Shown one piece after another: positions 21,358-31,584 of a stretch of DNA of 64,000 nucleotides. Source of the stretch: Candidatus Woesebacteria bacterium (GTDB lineage: Bacteria > Patescibacteriota > Microgenomatia > UBA8517); NCBI GenBank assembly GCA_016700095.1, contig CP065002.1, positions 932,145-996,144 of the forward strand. Reading direction: 5' to 3'. The translations under genes and the position numbers were made by a program. A model generated the notes under the pieces. It saw only the letters and a list, made by a program, of their open reading frames with translations. It had not been told where the DNA came from and did no database searches. The stretch's first letter is position 1. Each line of letters starts with the position of its first letter.

Positions 21358-22819
21358 CGCCTGTTATTGAATCACCAACTAAATATCTAAGTGTCGACAT
21401 ATAAACTACCATCCCTGTAAGCGATAAAATAATTACCGATAGTATATTTCTGGGTAAAAAACTTCGTATCACAATTAGTATCACCGCCATGACGATGGTC
21501 CCAAGTGTTGGAGTAAAAACACTATCTTTGATGGAAAAGTTTATGTGGTGTTTGGTTACAATAATTGCAATGATCGAACTTGAAGAAACAAGCGCATATC
21601 CAACGGCAGCCCCGATATATCCGAAATTCAGTGCTAACACGGGAATCAAAACCCATGCTAAAACCGACCACATTATCATTAAGCGAAACGTAACAGTAAT
21701 TTTACCGATAGCGTTTAAGGTGTTGGTAAGCTGTGTCGTTACTGTCGCAAAAACCGTATCTATACCGATTATATAAAGGGGGACAAGTGCAGGTAGCCAT
21801 TTTTCATATCGTGGAATTATTTCAGTTAAAGTAGGTGCTAAAATCATAAAACCGGCAAGGGAAGGAAAAACGAGAAAACACAAGAAAAATATTGATCTTG
21901 TTACTGAGTTAGATAAATGATCCCTGGAATCCTGCATTCTCGAGAACGCAGGAAAAGTAACTTTTAATACATTGTCCATAAAAAGCCTTAATGGATATTT
22001 AGCCCATTTCTGTGCCCAACCTAAATAACCAAGACCAGCAGGTGTTAGAATTCCACCTAAAAATGCCGTCAATCCATCATCTTTGATTGTTGCCAAAAAT
22101 GTATTGGCTTGATAAGGTACACCAAATTTTAAAAGTTTTTTCAGCGAATATTTTGAAAATTTCAATCCCGGTAACCATGGTTTTAAAAGATACATAGCAA
22201 TTAGTCCAACAATCCCTCTTAACAAAACTGCATATGTAAATGCCGATATTCCGTATCCTTTCCAAGCAAAATACACAGCAACAAGATGATAGACAACCGT
22301 CTCCAATACCTGCGGCAACACCAAGCGCGAAAAATTCAACTCCCGCTCAAGTAGAACTGAGGGAATTGTTTTAAGGGAAGACATTAAAAGTGAAATTCCC
22401 AATGCATAGAATAGAAGTACCCCCTCGTGGGATAGGTTATAGTACGCTTCAAAATAAGGAACAAACACAAAAAGAACAACAAGTAAGGTGATAACAATAA
22501 ATTGCTGTACAGTAAATGTTGTTTTTAAATCAGCATCAGTTACTTCCTTTTTGGTCTGAATTAGGGCAGCAGCTAATCCGACATCAGAAAAGTATGCAAG
22601 AAAATTCACAACGGCGGAAACAACAAAAAACACTCCAAACTCGGCTGGGCTTAGAAATATTCCCAAAAAGATGCTAGCAATAAGCGCCATAATTTGGAGA
22701 AGAAAAGTGCGTCCGGTAAGGACAATTATTCCCTTAACGGCTCTTTCTTTGACTGTCTCAAGAGTGATTTCCAACGTATTATCAAAACTCTCTCCCGGTT
22801 CATTTTCCGTCTTTGACAT
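21317..22819 (-). CDS. wzx: Oligosaccharide/polysaccharide flippase, Wzx/RfbX-like (MOP superfamily).
   Basis: 500 aa. About 12-14 TM helices. The N-terminal region TGRTFLLQIMALIASIFLGIFLSPAEFGVFFVVSAVVNFLAYFSDVGLAAALIQ is characteristic of Wzx-type flippases. Confidence 0.75.
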   Translation of the reverse strand: MSKTENEPGESFDNTLEITLETVKERAVKGIIVLTGRTFLLQIMALIASIFLGIFLSPAEFGVFFVVSAVVNFLAYFSDVGLAAALIQTKKEVTDADLKTTFTVQQFIVITLLVVLFVFVPYFEAYYNLSHEGVLLFYALGISLLMSSLKTIPSVLLERELNFSRLVLPQVLETVVYHLVAVYFAWKGYGISAFTYAVLLRGIVGLIAMYLLKPWLPGLKFSKYSLKKLLKFGVPYQANTFLATIKDDGLTAFLGGILTPAGLGYLGWAQKWAKYPLRLFMDNVLKVTFPAFSRMQDSRDHLSNSVTRSIFFLCFLVFPSLAGFMILAPTLTEIIPRYEKWLPALVPLYIIGIDTVFATVTTQLTNTLNAIGKITVTFRLMIMWSVLAWVLIPVLALNFGYIGAAVGYALVSSSSIIAIIVTKHHINFSIKDSVFTPTLGTIVMAVILIVIRSFLPRNILSVIILSLTGMVVYMSTLRYLVGDSITGDVKKVAKNLFSKN

Positions 22820-23669
22820 ATTTCAATTGTACACGAAGCATGAATGTAAGTTTAGAGTAGACATGGTTTTCAACCATTAACGAATACATATTTATGTGAT
22901 AAAAAAATGCTATTACTATCAAGATACAATGTATCGTTTCAAAGTTACCACGAACTAATATTCGTCGTAACTTTATTAAGTTTTAGATGTGGTGACAATT
23001 CTTCATCCAAGCGAGAAATCGCGTGATAACACGAAAAGAGAAAGCAAATATATTATTCGATTAGTAGTTTCACTAATTGTTGGTCTTTTGATTCTTCTTC
23101 CTACACTAAGCATTATTAACACACCTGGATTTCTCCGTCGGGCAACAGGTTTAAATATCTTCTCGAGTCAAACCACTCCTGCCGGATATATTGATAATTA
23201 CCATGGGAAACATACGTCTATTGTCAATAATAAAATATATCTTTCGACAAAGATAATATTTTGTTGGCGATGCTTTAGCAATTTCGGACAATAAAATAAA
23301 AGAACATGACTTGACGGTCGTTCAAACAATCACGTATTCCGATTGGAGTAAGGCATTTATAATTGTAAAAACACCGGGTCATAATGAGCCATAAAAGCTA
23401 CTTTTTCGCCAACTTTGTGATTCAATTTGAACCACCCTTATACAAGATAACTAATATAAAATCTCGTTAATATTTTTAGTTGCAATCACGTCATAAAGAC
23501 TAATGATATTGTAGGTAATGCAAATGTAAATTTGTTTTGGCTTATACTCTGAGTTAGTATAAACGTATTAAAAAAATAATAGTCTAAGTTCACAACACCA
23601 CACAAATATAGCTGTGATTTATCGTGTATGAATGGACAAGAAGATAACAAAACAATCAACCGACAAAAC

Positions 23670-25472
23670 TTACTGTTTATTTGATGCAAGGCCGGATTTA
23701 CGTTTTATTACCACATAAAATATTAATGTGGTCCACGTTAACGCTGATACATAATTACTTATACTTCGGATTGGGGTATTGGTAAATTCCACTCTCAAAT
23801 TGTGAACACCCGGAGAAAGATCAACATACATTCTCCCCCATTTTTCATCTTGATCAACGTAGTTAATACTTTCAACTTCATCCACATACACTTTCCAACC
23901 CGGAAACATAAAAATTCCAAGTCTAATTACAGCCGAATCACTCGTCACATTAAGTCTTATTCTTGCCCAATCAGTTCCCAATACGCTCTCTGCCACACTC
24001 CCCTCACCTTTCATAAATTCAACCAATTGATGCATTGGTTCACGCGGAGCCATCTCGGCTGTTGCCGGTAGATAATCATAAATACCAGCTGTTTGCTGCA
24101 AATCCCATGCTGCGCCTGAGAACTTTTGCTCATCTGTCAGGGGACCCATTTTCCCATTCTCGGGAAGAAAATAATTCCAATTAGGAATAACCACCAGTGC
24201 AACGAGTGTTATTATTACCAGATATTTCTTCTCAGAAATAATTAAACGCGCAAACCATCTTTTTGTTGATTTATACTCATTTAAAAAATATGGTATGAAA
24301 CCGACAACAAGTGAAAAAGAAAATATAACTATGGTTAAAAATCTCCATGGAAATTGTGAATAAGCTAGCTGTGGAAACAGTTGCCAAATTGGAGTCGATT
24401 TGGAATGTGTCATAAAAGCTGTTATCCACCCGACGACGAAAAAATAACCGGTTATAAGTGCGACCTTGTCGTTTAATAGATGTTGATACAGATTTTTCTG
24501 TCTGACAAGTTTAACACATCTGCCAAGCACTAAAAGGGCTACAACAATCGACAAAATCCAATAAATATAACCAACCTGAAAACTCATGCCGTCATCATTT
24601 ACCCCCCATACAGATGGTCCATATCCCCAGTAGTTCGAGAAAAGTAGTTGTTTGATACTGACAAAATGCGCGGTATAGTCATAATACCCAATCAACTGTC
24701 CTCTAATTTGCGTTAGACCATTTTCAACAATTGCAGGAAGTGTAAAAAAGGCTGAAAAACACAATGCCATAATGCCGGATATCATTAGATTAAAAATTAT
24801 TCTCCAATTTTTAGATATCGCAATAAATAACACTACCCATCCAGCAAATACAGGTGTAAAAATCATCAACATTAAGTTATGCGACAGCATCAAAAAAGCA
24901 TAAGAAACTGCGAGTAAAACGGTCCACTTAGTTCGCTTTGTGATATTTTCTTCGCGGATTAGTTGCATCGAAAAAAGAAGAATAAGTGGAAAAAAGACCA
25001 AAGCCCATGCCTCGTTCATCGCACCTCGAACATAAACATCTACTGCGTGATAAGGAGCCCATACGTAAAAAATCGAGGACAACACACCACCTGCTCTCCC
25101 AAAGATGTTTTTTACAAGATAATACATAGCCACACCGGACAAAATAATTGCAGATGCAAAGGTATATCGTGCGGTTTCTACAAACGTTGCCCCCATGAAT
25201 CTGAATATTTGCCCAAACATGTAAGGAAGAGGTGGATAAAAATTGAAAAGCGGGAAACCAAATCCATACCCCATATCCGGCACCCAACGGCAGGGAATCT
25301 GTCGATCAAGTAAGCATTTTTCAAACTGCAGTTGCCTCATCATTTGCAAATCGTCATGCATGTTAAAATAACCGGACTGAAAAATTAAAGTACGGGAAGC
25401 TAGGATTGCAAAAAATATCACCACCAGAAGCGCAAATTTATTACCCTTGGTTTTATTTTTAAAAAAGAACAT
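23670..25472 (-). CDS. Large polytopic membrane protein of unknown function (possible GT-C or polymerase-like).
   Basis: 600 aa. N-terminus QSGYFNMHDDLQMMRQLQFEKCLLDRQIPCRWVPDMGYGFGFPLFNFYPP. More than 12 TM helices and a C-terminal beta-rich soluble domain. Confidence 0.5.
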   Translation of the reverse strand: MFFFKNKTKGNKFALLVVIFFAILASRTLIFQSGYFNMHDDLQMMRQLQFEKCLLDRQIPCRWVPDMGYGFGFPLFNFYPPLPYMFGQIFRFMGATFVETARYTFASAIILSGVAMYYLVKNIFGRAGGVLSSIFYVWAPYHAVDVYVRGAMNEAWALVFFPLILLFSMQLIREENITKRTKWTVLLAVSYAFLMLSHNLMLMIFTPVFAGWVVLFIAISKNWRIIFNLMISGIMALCFSAFFTLPAIVENGLTQIRGQLIGYYDYTAHFVSIKQLLFSNYWGYGPSVWGVNDDGMSFQVGYIYWILSIVVALLVLGRCVKLVRQKNLYQHLLNDKVALITGYFFVVGWITAFMTHSKSTPIWQLFPQLAYSQFPWRFLTIVIFSFSLVVGFIPYFLNEYKSTKRWFARLIISEKKYLVIITLVALVVIPNWNYFLPENGKMGPLTDEQKFSGAAWDLQQTAGIYDYLPATAEMAPREPMHQLVEFMKGEGSVAESVLGTDWARIRLNVTSDSAVIRLGIFMFPGWKVYVDEVESINYVDQDEKWGRMYVDLSPGVHNLRVEFTNTPIRSISNYVSALTWTTLIFYVVIKRKSGLASNKQ

Positions 25473-25638
25473 GAGATAAATGTTAACACAAATTAAATAT
25501 TACTTAATACCAAATATTTCGCTTAATCCTCCTTGCAATATTACCCCCTCCTGATCCCAGACACTAAACTTCCAAGACTGTTTTGGGTCATTTTTCCCGA
25601 CGAGCTTAAGTTGGGTTGTCTTCAATAATTATAAACTG

Positions 25639-27219
25639 TCACTGTCGATTTTTCACTTCACTCACTTGAAATAAATATAGAGTATCATGCAGACCGTGTT
25701 GCACATATTCTCTCGTATTCATCGGTCTATCCGCTTTTATCCAACTTTGTACAAGTTCCAATCCAATATCTTCGGGATCTGATTTGAATCTCGAACTGTT
25801 CACAACCAGATATGTCTGATTTCCGGCTTGGAATGATTCAATTAATTGAATTGGCACCTCAAGAAAATTCAAACCTACACCAATCACAGTTATTTCAGGC
25901 AAATCATTAAGGTATACTTGCATCGCGTCGGGTAAGGTTCCGAAATAACCTTCTGTCCCAACAACGATTTTTTTGGATGGATCGGAATTATACTTGGCCC
26001 GTATTACATTTGACGCCTCTTTAATTCCACCCCCTGCCGTCCATTCTTCTAAATATCCGGATCGCTCACTTCTGGGAAGATTCACCTTTGACGGGTTGGT
26101 CACAATATAGTAATCACTTTTCAAGGAAATTAAGGTAAATATAAAAAGTCCAAAGAGTAGCACATCTCTCACTTTCAATTTCAGACCAGGTCGCTCGTTA
26201 CTTAGCAAAAAGGATGAAGAGGCAAGAACACAAACAAAAGGCAGAGTAAACAAGATATATCTTGCCGTTAGTGTTTTGGAAAGACCGGAAACGACAAATA
26301 TGGGAAACACTATCCAGACAAGAAGAAGTAATATTTGCTTGGGAAATTTCTTGTAGTTACCAAGTAGGGCAAATAGTGAAAAAATAACAATTAACCCCGG
26401 ACCAAGCATTGTATAGTATTCCAATGACCGATCAAGATACGGTTTCAAGGGATCAAGTGGAGAACTAATAATGTGAGAAAGTGGATAAACATAATCTTTG
26501 GTTCGAGAAACAAGCAAATTGAAATTCGGACCCAATCGCAATATGTTGTAAATCGCAAATCCCATAACGACAATCACCACCCACAAAAACGACATCTTTA
26601 GATAAAACACACCCCGTTTTTTATCTGGTAATTTATTTACCAAAACCGTAGTCGGTATTAACATGGCAAAAAAGGTCGCAGTAGATTTGGTAAGCAGTGC
26701 CCCTCCGAGCAAAAAACCGGTTATCATTGCCATATCCAATCTCAAATAGCGAATAGTTAGTATCGACAATACAACAATCCACACGCCAAACATGGAAAGT
26801 AGCGAATCAACCAGCGCCATGCGGTCAAAAAATACCGCGAAGGGTGAAAGTGAGTAGATATATGACGAAATTAATGCAACATATTTTGATTTAAATAAAA
26901 GATAACTTAATACAAAGACTGCCACAATCGTCGACACACCAGCCAGTCCAGATACTACTCTTCCGGCAATAAGTGGATCGGCAATAACTTTCATAAATGG
27001 AATTACAATCCACATAAATAGCGGTTGCTTACCATCCGACAGCGGCAAGAATCGCAAAGTCGGTTCCGCTCTCATTACCTGACTCCACCTTACATATATC
27101 GCTTCATCCGCAAAAATAGGTAGTGCATTTAGATTGTAAAATCTCAACAATGCCCCAGTAATAATAATCAAAAGTCCTACGAGTAGTGAATTCTTCCACT
27201 GAGCTATTAGTTTAGTCAT
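25639..27219 (-). CDS. ArnT-like GT-C glycosyltransferase (undecaprenyl-phosphate-sugar dependent).
   Basis: 526 aa. PIFADEAIYVRWSQVM and GKQPLFMW match the ArnT DE loop and the KPPL-like motif. The C-terminal domain (EEWTAGGGIKEASNVIRAKY) is paralogous to 1220..3004 and 3058..4797. Confidence 0.85.
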   Translation of the reverse strand: MTKLIAQWKNSLLVGLLIIITGALLRFYNLNALPIFADEAIYVRWSQVMRAEPTLRFLPLSDGKQPLFMWIVIPFMKVIADPLIAGRVVSGLAGVSTIVAVFVLSYLLFKSKYVALISSYIYSLSPFAVFFDRMALVDSLLSMFGVWIVVLSILTIRYLRLDMAMITGFLLGGALLTKSTATFFAMLIPTTVLVNKLPDKKRGVFYLKMSFLWVVIVVMGFAIYNILRLGPNFNLLVSRTKDYVYPLSHIISSPLDPLKPYLDRSLEYYTMLGPGLIVIFSLFALLGNYKKFPKQILLLLVWIVFPIFVVSGLSKTLTARYILFTLPFVCVLASSSFLLSNERPGLKLKVRDVLLFGLFIFTLISLKSDYYIVTNPSKVNLPRSERSGYLEEWTAGGGIKEASNVIRAKYNSDPSKKIVVGTEGYFGTLPDAMQVYLNDLPEITVIGVGLNFLEVPIQLIESFQAGNQTYLVVNSSRFKSDPEDIGLELVQSWIKADRPMNTREYVQHGLHDTLYLFQVSEVKNRQ

Positions 27220-27235
27220 TATAAAAAGAGGTTAC

Positions 27236-28018
27236 TTAAACGTTGTACTTACCCTGTAACGCATTCAATCTTACTTTAACTAGATCGGTTAATCCCTGCC
27301 ATGAATCTTTTACTGCCGATACCCTTTTTGATCCTTTATGTTGCCATACAACCGGAACTTCTTCGACTTTCAGATTTAATTTTCGTGCAATGTACAGTAT
27401 TTCAAGATCAAATCCTGCAGTTACTGCTGCACCTTCAACGGCTTTTTCTTTAAATACTTTCAATCTACTAAATATTTGACGAGCAGCTTCTTTTTTAAAT
27501 GCCTTAAACCCGCATTGGGTATCCTTGTAGGGTAACTTCAAAACAATTGCTCTGAGAATGGAAAACCCCGAAGCCATTGATTTTCTAATTAGTGGAGCTC
27601 CTTCTCTTCCACTCCTTGAACCGATTACAATATCGGCAGAATGCTTTCGATTTAGCAGTTTACCTGTTTTTGGTTCATACCCAAAATGGAGCCAGAAGTT
27701 CTCAATCTGATTAAGCGAAGTCGATTGGTCCATATCGGTAAATAAAATAATATCTCCTTTTGCAGCTAAAACACCCGCTACTACCGTCCCACCCTTTCCT
27801 CGATGGGGTTCTTTTAGCAGTCGAAAGCCTTTTTTATTATTAATATATTTCGCCACCATTTCTCTGGTTTTGTCCAATGATCCATCATCAACGATTAACA
27901 CTTCCCAGTCGTATTTTTGTTTTATTAGGTAAATGTAGATATCAACAAGCACTCCATCTTTGAGGTTATGAACTTCGTTATAAGCAGGAACAACGACTGA
28001 CAATAATGGCTTTCCCAT
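27236..28018 (-). CDS. GT2 polyprenyl-phosphate sugar synthase (Dpm1/ArnC/GtrB-like).
   Basis: Motifs LSVVVPAYNEVHNL, VLIVDDGSLDKT and ILFTDMDQST. The likely start is MGKPLL at 28018 (the track ORF extends to 28078). It lies immediately upstream of the ArnT-like gene on the same strand. Confidence 0.85.
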   Translation of the reverse strand: MGKPLLSVVVPAYNEVHNLKDGVLVDIYIYLIKQKYDWEVLIVDDGSLDKTREMVAKYINNKKGFRLLKEPHRGKGGTVVAGVLAAKGDIILFTDMDQSTSLNQIENFWLHFGYEPKTGKLLNRKHSADIVIGSRSGREGAPLIRKSMASGFSILRAIVLKLPYKDTQCGFKAFKKEAARQIFSRLKVFKEKAVEGAAVTAGFDLEILYIARKLNLKVEEVPVVWQHKGSKRVSAVKDSWQGLTDLVKVRLNALQGKYNV

Positions 28019-28049
28019 ATACACATTGTAACAGATCAAAGCTATTCCA

Positions 28050-28694
28050 TTAACTTGTAATACACTTGTGGGAACCAATCAGAGATTCGAAATCAACTTG
28101 GGTAAAAACTTCGGATCTAAACATATCAACGTGATGATTAACTTCATTAATCACGTCACTAAAATTTAGTGTATCTGGAGTCTTTGTAGCAGAAAAATCA
28201 CAAGGTGCTTGATAAATAATTACTTTGGTCGGAGAAATATAGTTATGTGGATTATTTCCATAGCGTGTAGCGAGTAATTGCTCTTCTTCGTGTTCTTTTT
28301 TGGCTATCAAAGCTTCAAATTGCGCAACCAGTTTCTCAAATTGGGTAACAATTTCTTCGGCAAGATACGTAGCATTATCGGAATTCAATGCTTTTTCCAG
28401 CTGAAGTAACTTGTCCAACATCACATCGTGTAAGCATTTTTCCTCCCAGATGTTGTCAAAACCAGAACTACTATCAACTTCCAGCCATTCGGTATTTATA
28501 TTTTTTCTTTGCTCTCCGATTCCGGCAACCTTTTTTCTCTCATCATATAAGGTTGTTGATTTATTTTTCCGTGAAGACAGTTCATTAACTGTTTTATTAA
28601 TTAAACTAATTACTGTGTCAAATTCTTTGATTGCATCACTTACGAAACCGGGGGTATGTATCGATGTCACCGTCAAACCACGTATATCATTCAT
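28050..28694 (-). CDS. Hypothetical protein.
   Basis: 214 aa soluble ORF with coiled-coil-like stretches (LLQLEKALNSDNATYLAEEIVTQFEKLVAQFEALIAKKEHEEEQ). It is embedded in the glycosyltransferase run and has no recognisable motif. Confidence 0.4.
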   Translation of the reverse strand: MNDIRGLTVTSIHTPGFVSDAIKEFDTVISLINKTVNELSSRKNKSTTLYDERKKVAGIGEQRKNINTEWLEVDSSSGFDNIWEEKCLHDVMLDKLLQLEKALNSDNATYLAEEIVTQFEKLVAQFEALIAKKEHEEEQLLATRYGNNPHNYISPTKVIIYQAPCDFSATKTPDTLNFSDVINEVNHHVDMFRSEVFTQVDFESLIGSHKCITS

Positions 28695-28736
28695 TAGCTA
28701 TTAATTATATTTTTAACACAAAGATCATTTTCGGCG

Positions 28737-30320
28737 TTACATAAATCGTTTGCGCCTTTGCACCGAAACACCACCAAATTTAACTTCTTCCTCAACACTT
28801 CCTATCCCCATTTGACGCACAAACCAGGCATCAAGCCGTTCCGGATGGGGAGGATCAACTTCGTACACCGTATACAATAACTCTATCTGTTCGTCGCTTG
28901 GTTTATACCCATATTTTTCCGGACCATACCATGTAAACAAATATGTATATGAGTAGGGAATTACGGGTGGCACATAAACATCTACACTAAAATCTCTACC
29001 TGCTGCATCTTGGTATAACCAATCGATTGCTTGTTTCTGATTACCATACATGACCGTTTGCGGACCATCTACACCGGCAATAATGTGATAACGCGTAACC
29101 ATACCGTTCCAAGATAAAAACACATAGAAAAAAACGAGAACAAATATTTTTCCGATTTTGAATTTCCATATCTGCCCCAGGACAATTCCAACCAACAGTA
29201 AAAATATTAAATAGTAACCGGTCAGATAATAATCATAAACATTTCCGGAATTACCCTGGAAAAACAAAAGTCCGATAATAGGAGATACAAGTAGTATTAG
29301 TATTATTTTAATACCATCGTTTTTTAACATCATCGGCAACCGGATAATAAAAGCTGCTGCAAGAACCATAAGTAGTACTTTCTCCCTTGGTCTGATCCAG
29401 TGAAATATTTTACTGGCAAACACATCGTAGTAAAAAGGTAGTCTGATCTGTAAAACATCCCAAAAGTTCTTCTTGAAACTTTCGTCATCGACAAAAAATT
29501 TCTTGATATTATTGCTTAGAATCTGATCGTGTATAAAATCAAATACGACCTGCGGAGCCAGTGTAAACAAAAATGCGGCTATAGCCAAAACAAGAGTTGT
29601 AAGATCGATTACCTTTGATAATTTCCATTTCGTTTTTGTTAACTGCCATAAAATAAAAATTGCGAATGCCGGAAAATAAAAGAACTCCCCTGCCGACCCA
29701 AAGTGGAATAACGACATTCCCGATACAAAAGAGAGTGTAATCCATGCCAATCGAAGTGTATTCGACCTATTTTTCAAACTGATATTTTTATTAATAACCC
29801 ACAACATCCAAACTACCACAACCGACAATAGCAACATGGGTGTCGGGTTAGACAACCAACGGGAAGCAACCATTATGTAAAAGGAGAATGATCCCAACAA
29901 AGCCGCAAACAGACCAGTTGCTCTATCTTGGATTTTTGCTCCTAAATAATATAAAAGTACAACCGCCAGAAGTGTAGTAAATGCCAAAAAGTATGCCGGC
30001 CCAAGAGGGTTCCCACCGCTTATTAAATAAAACGGTGCGATCAAGTAATAATAAAACGGACCCCTGAATATTCCGGCAATTCCTGTTGTCGGACCGATTA
30101 AGAAGAAATCTCCTTTGTGCCACAAATCCCAAATTATCAAAGCGTCACGCCCTTGATCGTAATAAAACCCTAGAATCTGGTCGGTTCGATAAGTTCTAAT
30201 AAACCATCCACCCAAAAGTATAACGGTAAGTAAAAAATAGGTAATTCTATGACTTCGTATTTCTGTCATAAGCTTACTGTAAATTTTTCTCATGTTTTTC
30301 CGTAACTTAGTAACCAACAT
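28737..30320 (-). CDS. GT-C-like membrane glycosyltransferase (DQxRD subfamily).
   Basis: 527 aa. Motifs GFYYDQGRDALII, LIGPTTGIAGIFRGPFY and ASRWLSNPT. C-terminal PYSYTYLFTWYGPEKYGYKP...VYEVDP. Confidence 0.7.
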   Translation of the reverse strand: MLVTKLRKNMRKIYSKLMTEIRSHRITYFLLTVILLGGWFIRTYRTDQILGFYYDQGRDALIIWDLWHKGDFFLIGPTTGIAGIFRGPFYYYLIAPFYLISGGNPLGPAYFLAFTTLLAVVLLYYLGAKIQDRATGLFAALLGSFSFYIMVASRWLSNPTPMLLLSVVVVWMLWVINKNISLKNRSNTLRLAWITLSFVSGMSLFHFGSAGEFFYFPAFAIFILWQLTKTKWKLSKVIDLTTLVLAIAAFLFTLAPQVVFDFIHDQILSNNIKKFFVDDESFKKNFWDVLQIRLPFYYDVFASKIFHWIRPREKVLLMVLAAAFIIRLPMMLKNDGIKIILILLVSPIIGLLFFQGNSGNVYDYYLTGYYLIFLLLVGIVLGQIWKFKIGKIFVLVFFYVFLSWNGMVTRYHIIAGVDGPQTVMYGNQKQAIDWLYQDAAGRDFSVDVYVPPVIPYSYTYLFTWYGPEKYGYKPSDEQIELLYTVYEVDPPHPERLDAWFVRQMGIGSVEEEVKFGGVSVQRRKRFM

Positions 30321-30534
30321 TATCCAATAATATCACGAAATAGTTGATAAACTACACTCGGTACTCATGAAGAAGTTATCTTGAAGTTATTTCTTTATTT
30401 TCGTGTCAAACATCCCGGATAAATGGAAGTAATTATTAAGTAAGTTAATAATTTGTTAAAAATAAAAATCAAATTAAGTAAAAAATGTGAGCTCCACCAT
30501 TTAAACACACATGAAAGCTATGTTTAACAAATAT

Positions 30535-31545
30535 CTATTTAGTGAATGTATGACTGTTTTCTGTCGCAAATTTGCAAGCAATTTTAATAACTTTTTTTAC
30601 CGCCTTGTCAAAAGGCAAGCCGTGTACAGATCCACCTGCCGCCACCTTATGTCCGCCGCCACCGAGAATTGTCGCCATTTTGGATACATCCAAATTTGAA
30701 CGGCTACGAAAAGTTACACTTAAATTTTCAGGTTCTTTTTCATACATCAGCAGTCCAAAATCGGTATCTTTTGTGCATTGGGCAAATATACTTACGGCTA
30801 ATTCTTTGGCATTCATTTGCTGATCTGTGGTTTTCAAAACACTATAGGGAACGGCTCCCCAGACAAATCGATGTTTTTTGTTCAGCTTGATATTTCTTAA
30901 TACCTCACCTGTAAATCTCAAATCATTAATTGGTACATCCTGATATATACTTCTCACGATTAATTCTTTATCGGCTTTTAATTTAAGCAGGTCACCGGCA
31001 ATTCTAAGAGTTTGTGATGAAGTATTTGAATACCTAAAAACTCCCGTATCGCCAATAATTGCTGTCAAAAGAGCCGTAGCCGTCTTATTATCCAATTTAA
31101 TTTTCCAGTCAGAATATATTAAAAATAACAATTCACCCACAGAACTAACTTTGTCGTCCACAAGATTTATCTTGCCGAAATGTGTGTTTGTCAGATGGTG
31201 ATCAATAAGTATTATTGGTTTGGTCGGAAGTGGTATTGATAAATCGCCGGATACCATATCCCAGCTTGAGCTATCAAGAAAAATCAGTAAGTCGTATTTA
31301 GAAAAATCAAATGTCTTGAAATTAGTCGCAGGTTGAATATTTTTAAAGTCGGGTAAGAAATTCAAACGACTATCAAGTTCTGTCGGACATACAATCTCAA
31401 CTTGTTTTCCCAATTTACTCAATACCCTACTTAACGAAATCGCACTTCCAATCGAATCCGGGTCAGGTCCGCGATGGCAATTAATTAATATATTGCTAGC
31501 TTTACTTATTTCGTCAAATATTAGCCGTGACTTGTCGTAGTGCAT
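30535..31545 (-). CDS. nrnA: DHH-family phosphoesterase with a DHHA1 domain (NrnA-like nanoRNase / pAp phosphatase).
   Basis: 336 aa. It has the DHH motif (ILIDHHLTN), the GGGGH motif of DHHA1 (ILGGGGHKVAAGGS), and an N-terminal HRGPDPDSIGSAISL. Confidence 0.8.
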   Translation of the reverse strand: MHYDKSRLIFDEISKASNILINCHRGPDPDSIGSAISLSRVLSKLGKQVEIVCPTELDSRLNFLPDFKNIQPATNFKTFDFSKYDLLIFLDSSSWDMVSGDLSIPLPTKPIILIDHHLTNTHFGKINLVDDKVSSVGELLFLIYSDWKIKLDNKTATALLTAIIGDTGVFRYSNTSSQTLRIAGDLLKLKADKELIVRSIYQDVPINDLRFTGEVLRNIKLNKKHRFVWGAVPYSVLKTTDQQMNAKELAVSIFAQCTKDTDFGLLMYEKEPENLSVTFRSRSNLDVSKMATILGGGGHKVAAGGSVHGLPFDKAVKKVIKIACKFATENSHTFTK

Positions 31546-31584
31546 ATTTTGTGGTCTTAGTATACATCAGGTGGCAAGTTTTTC

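Noticed and set aside
22989-23294. 101-aa ORF with a TM segment in the wzx upstream region.
   Set aside because: It begins with GTG and has no RBS and a low-complexity tail. It is kept only as a remark in findings.
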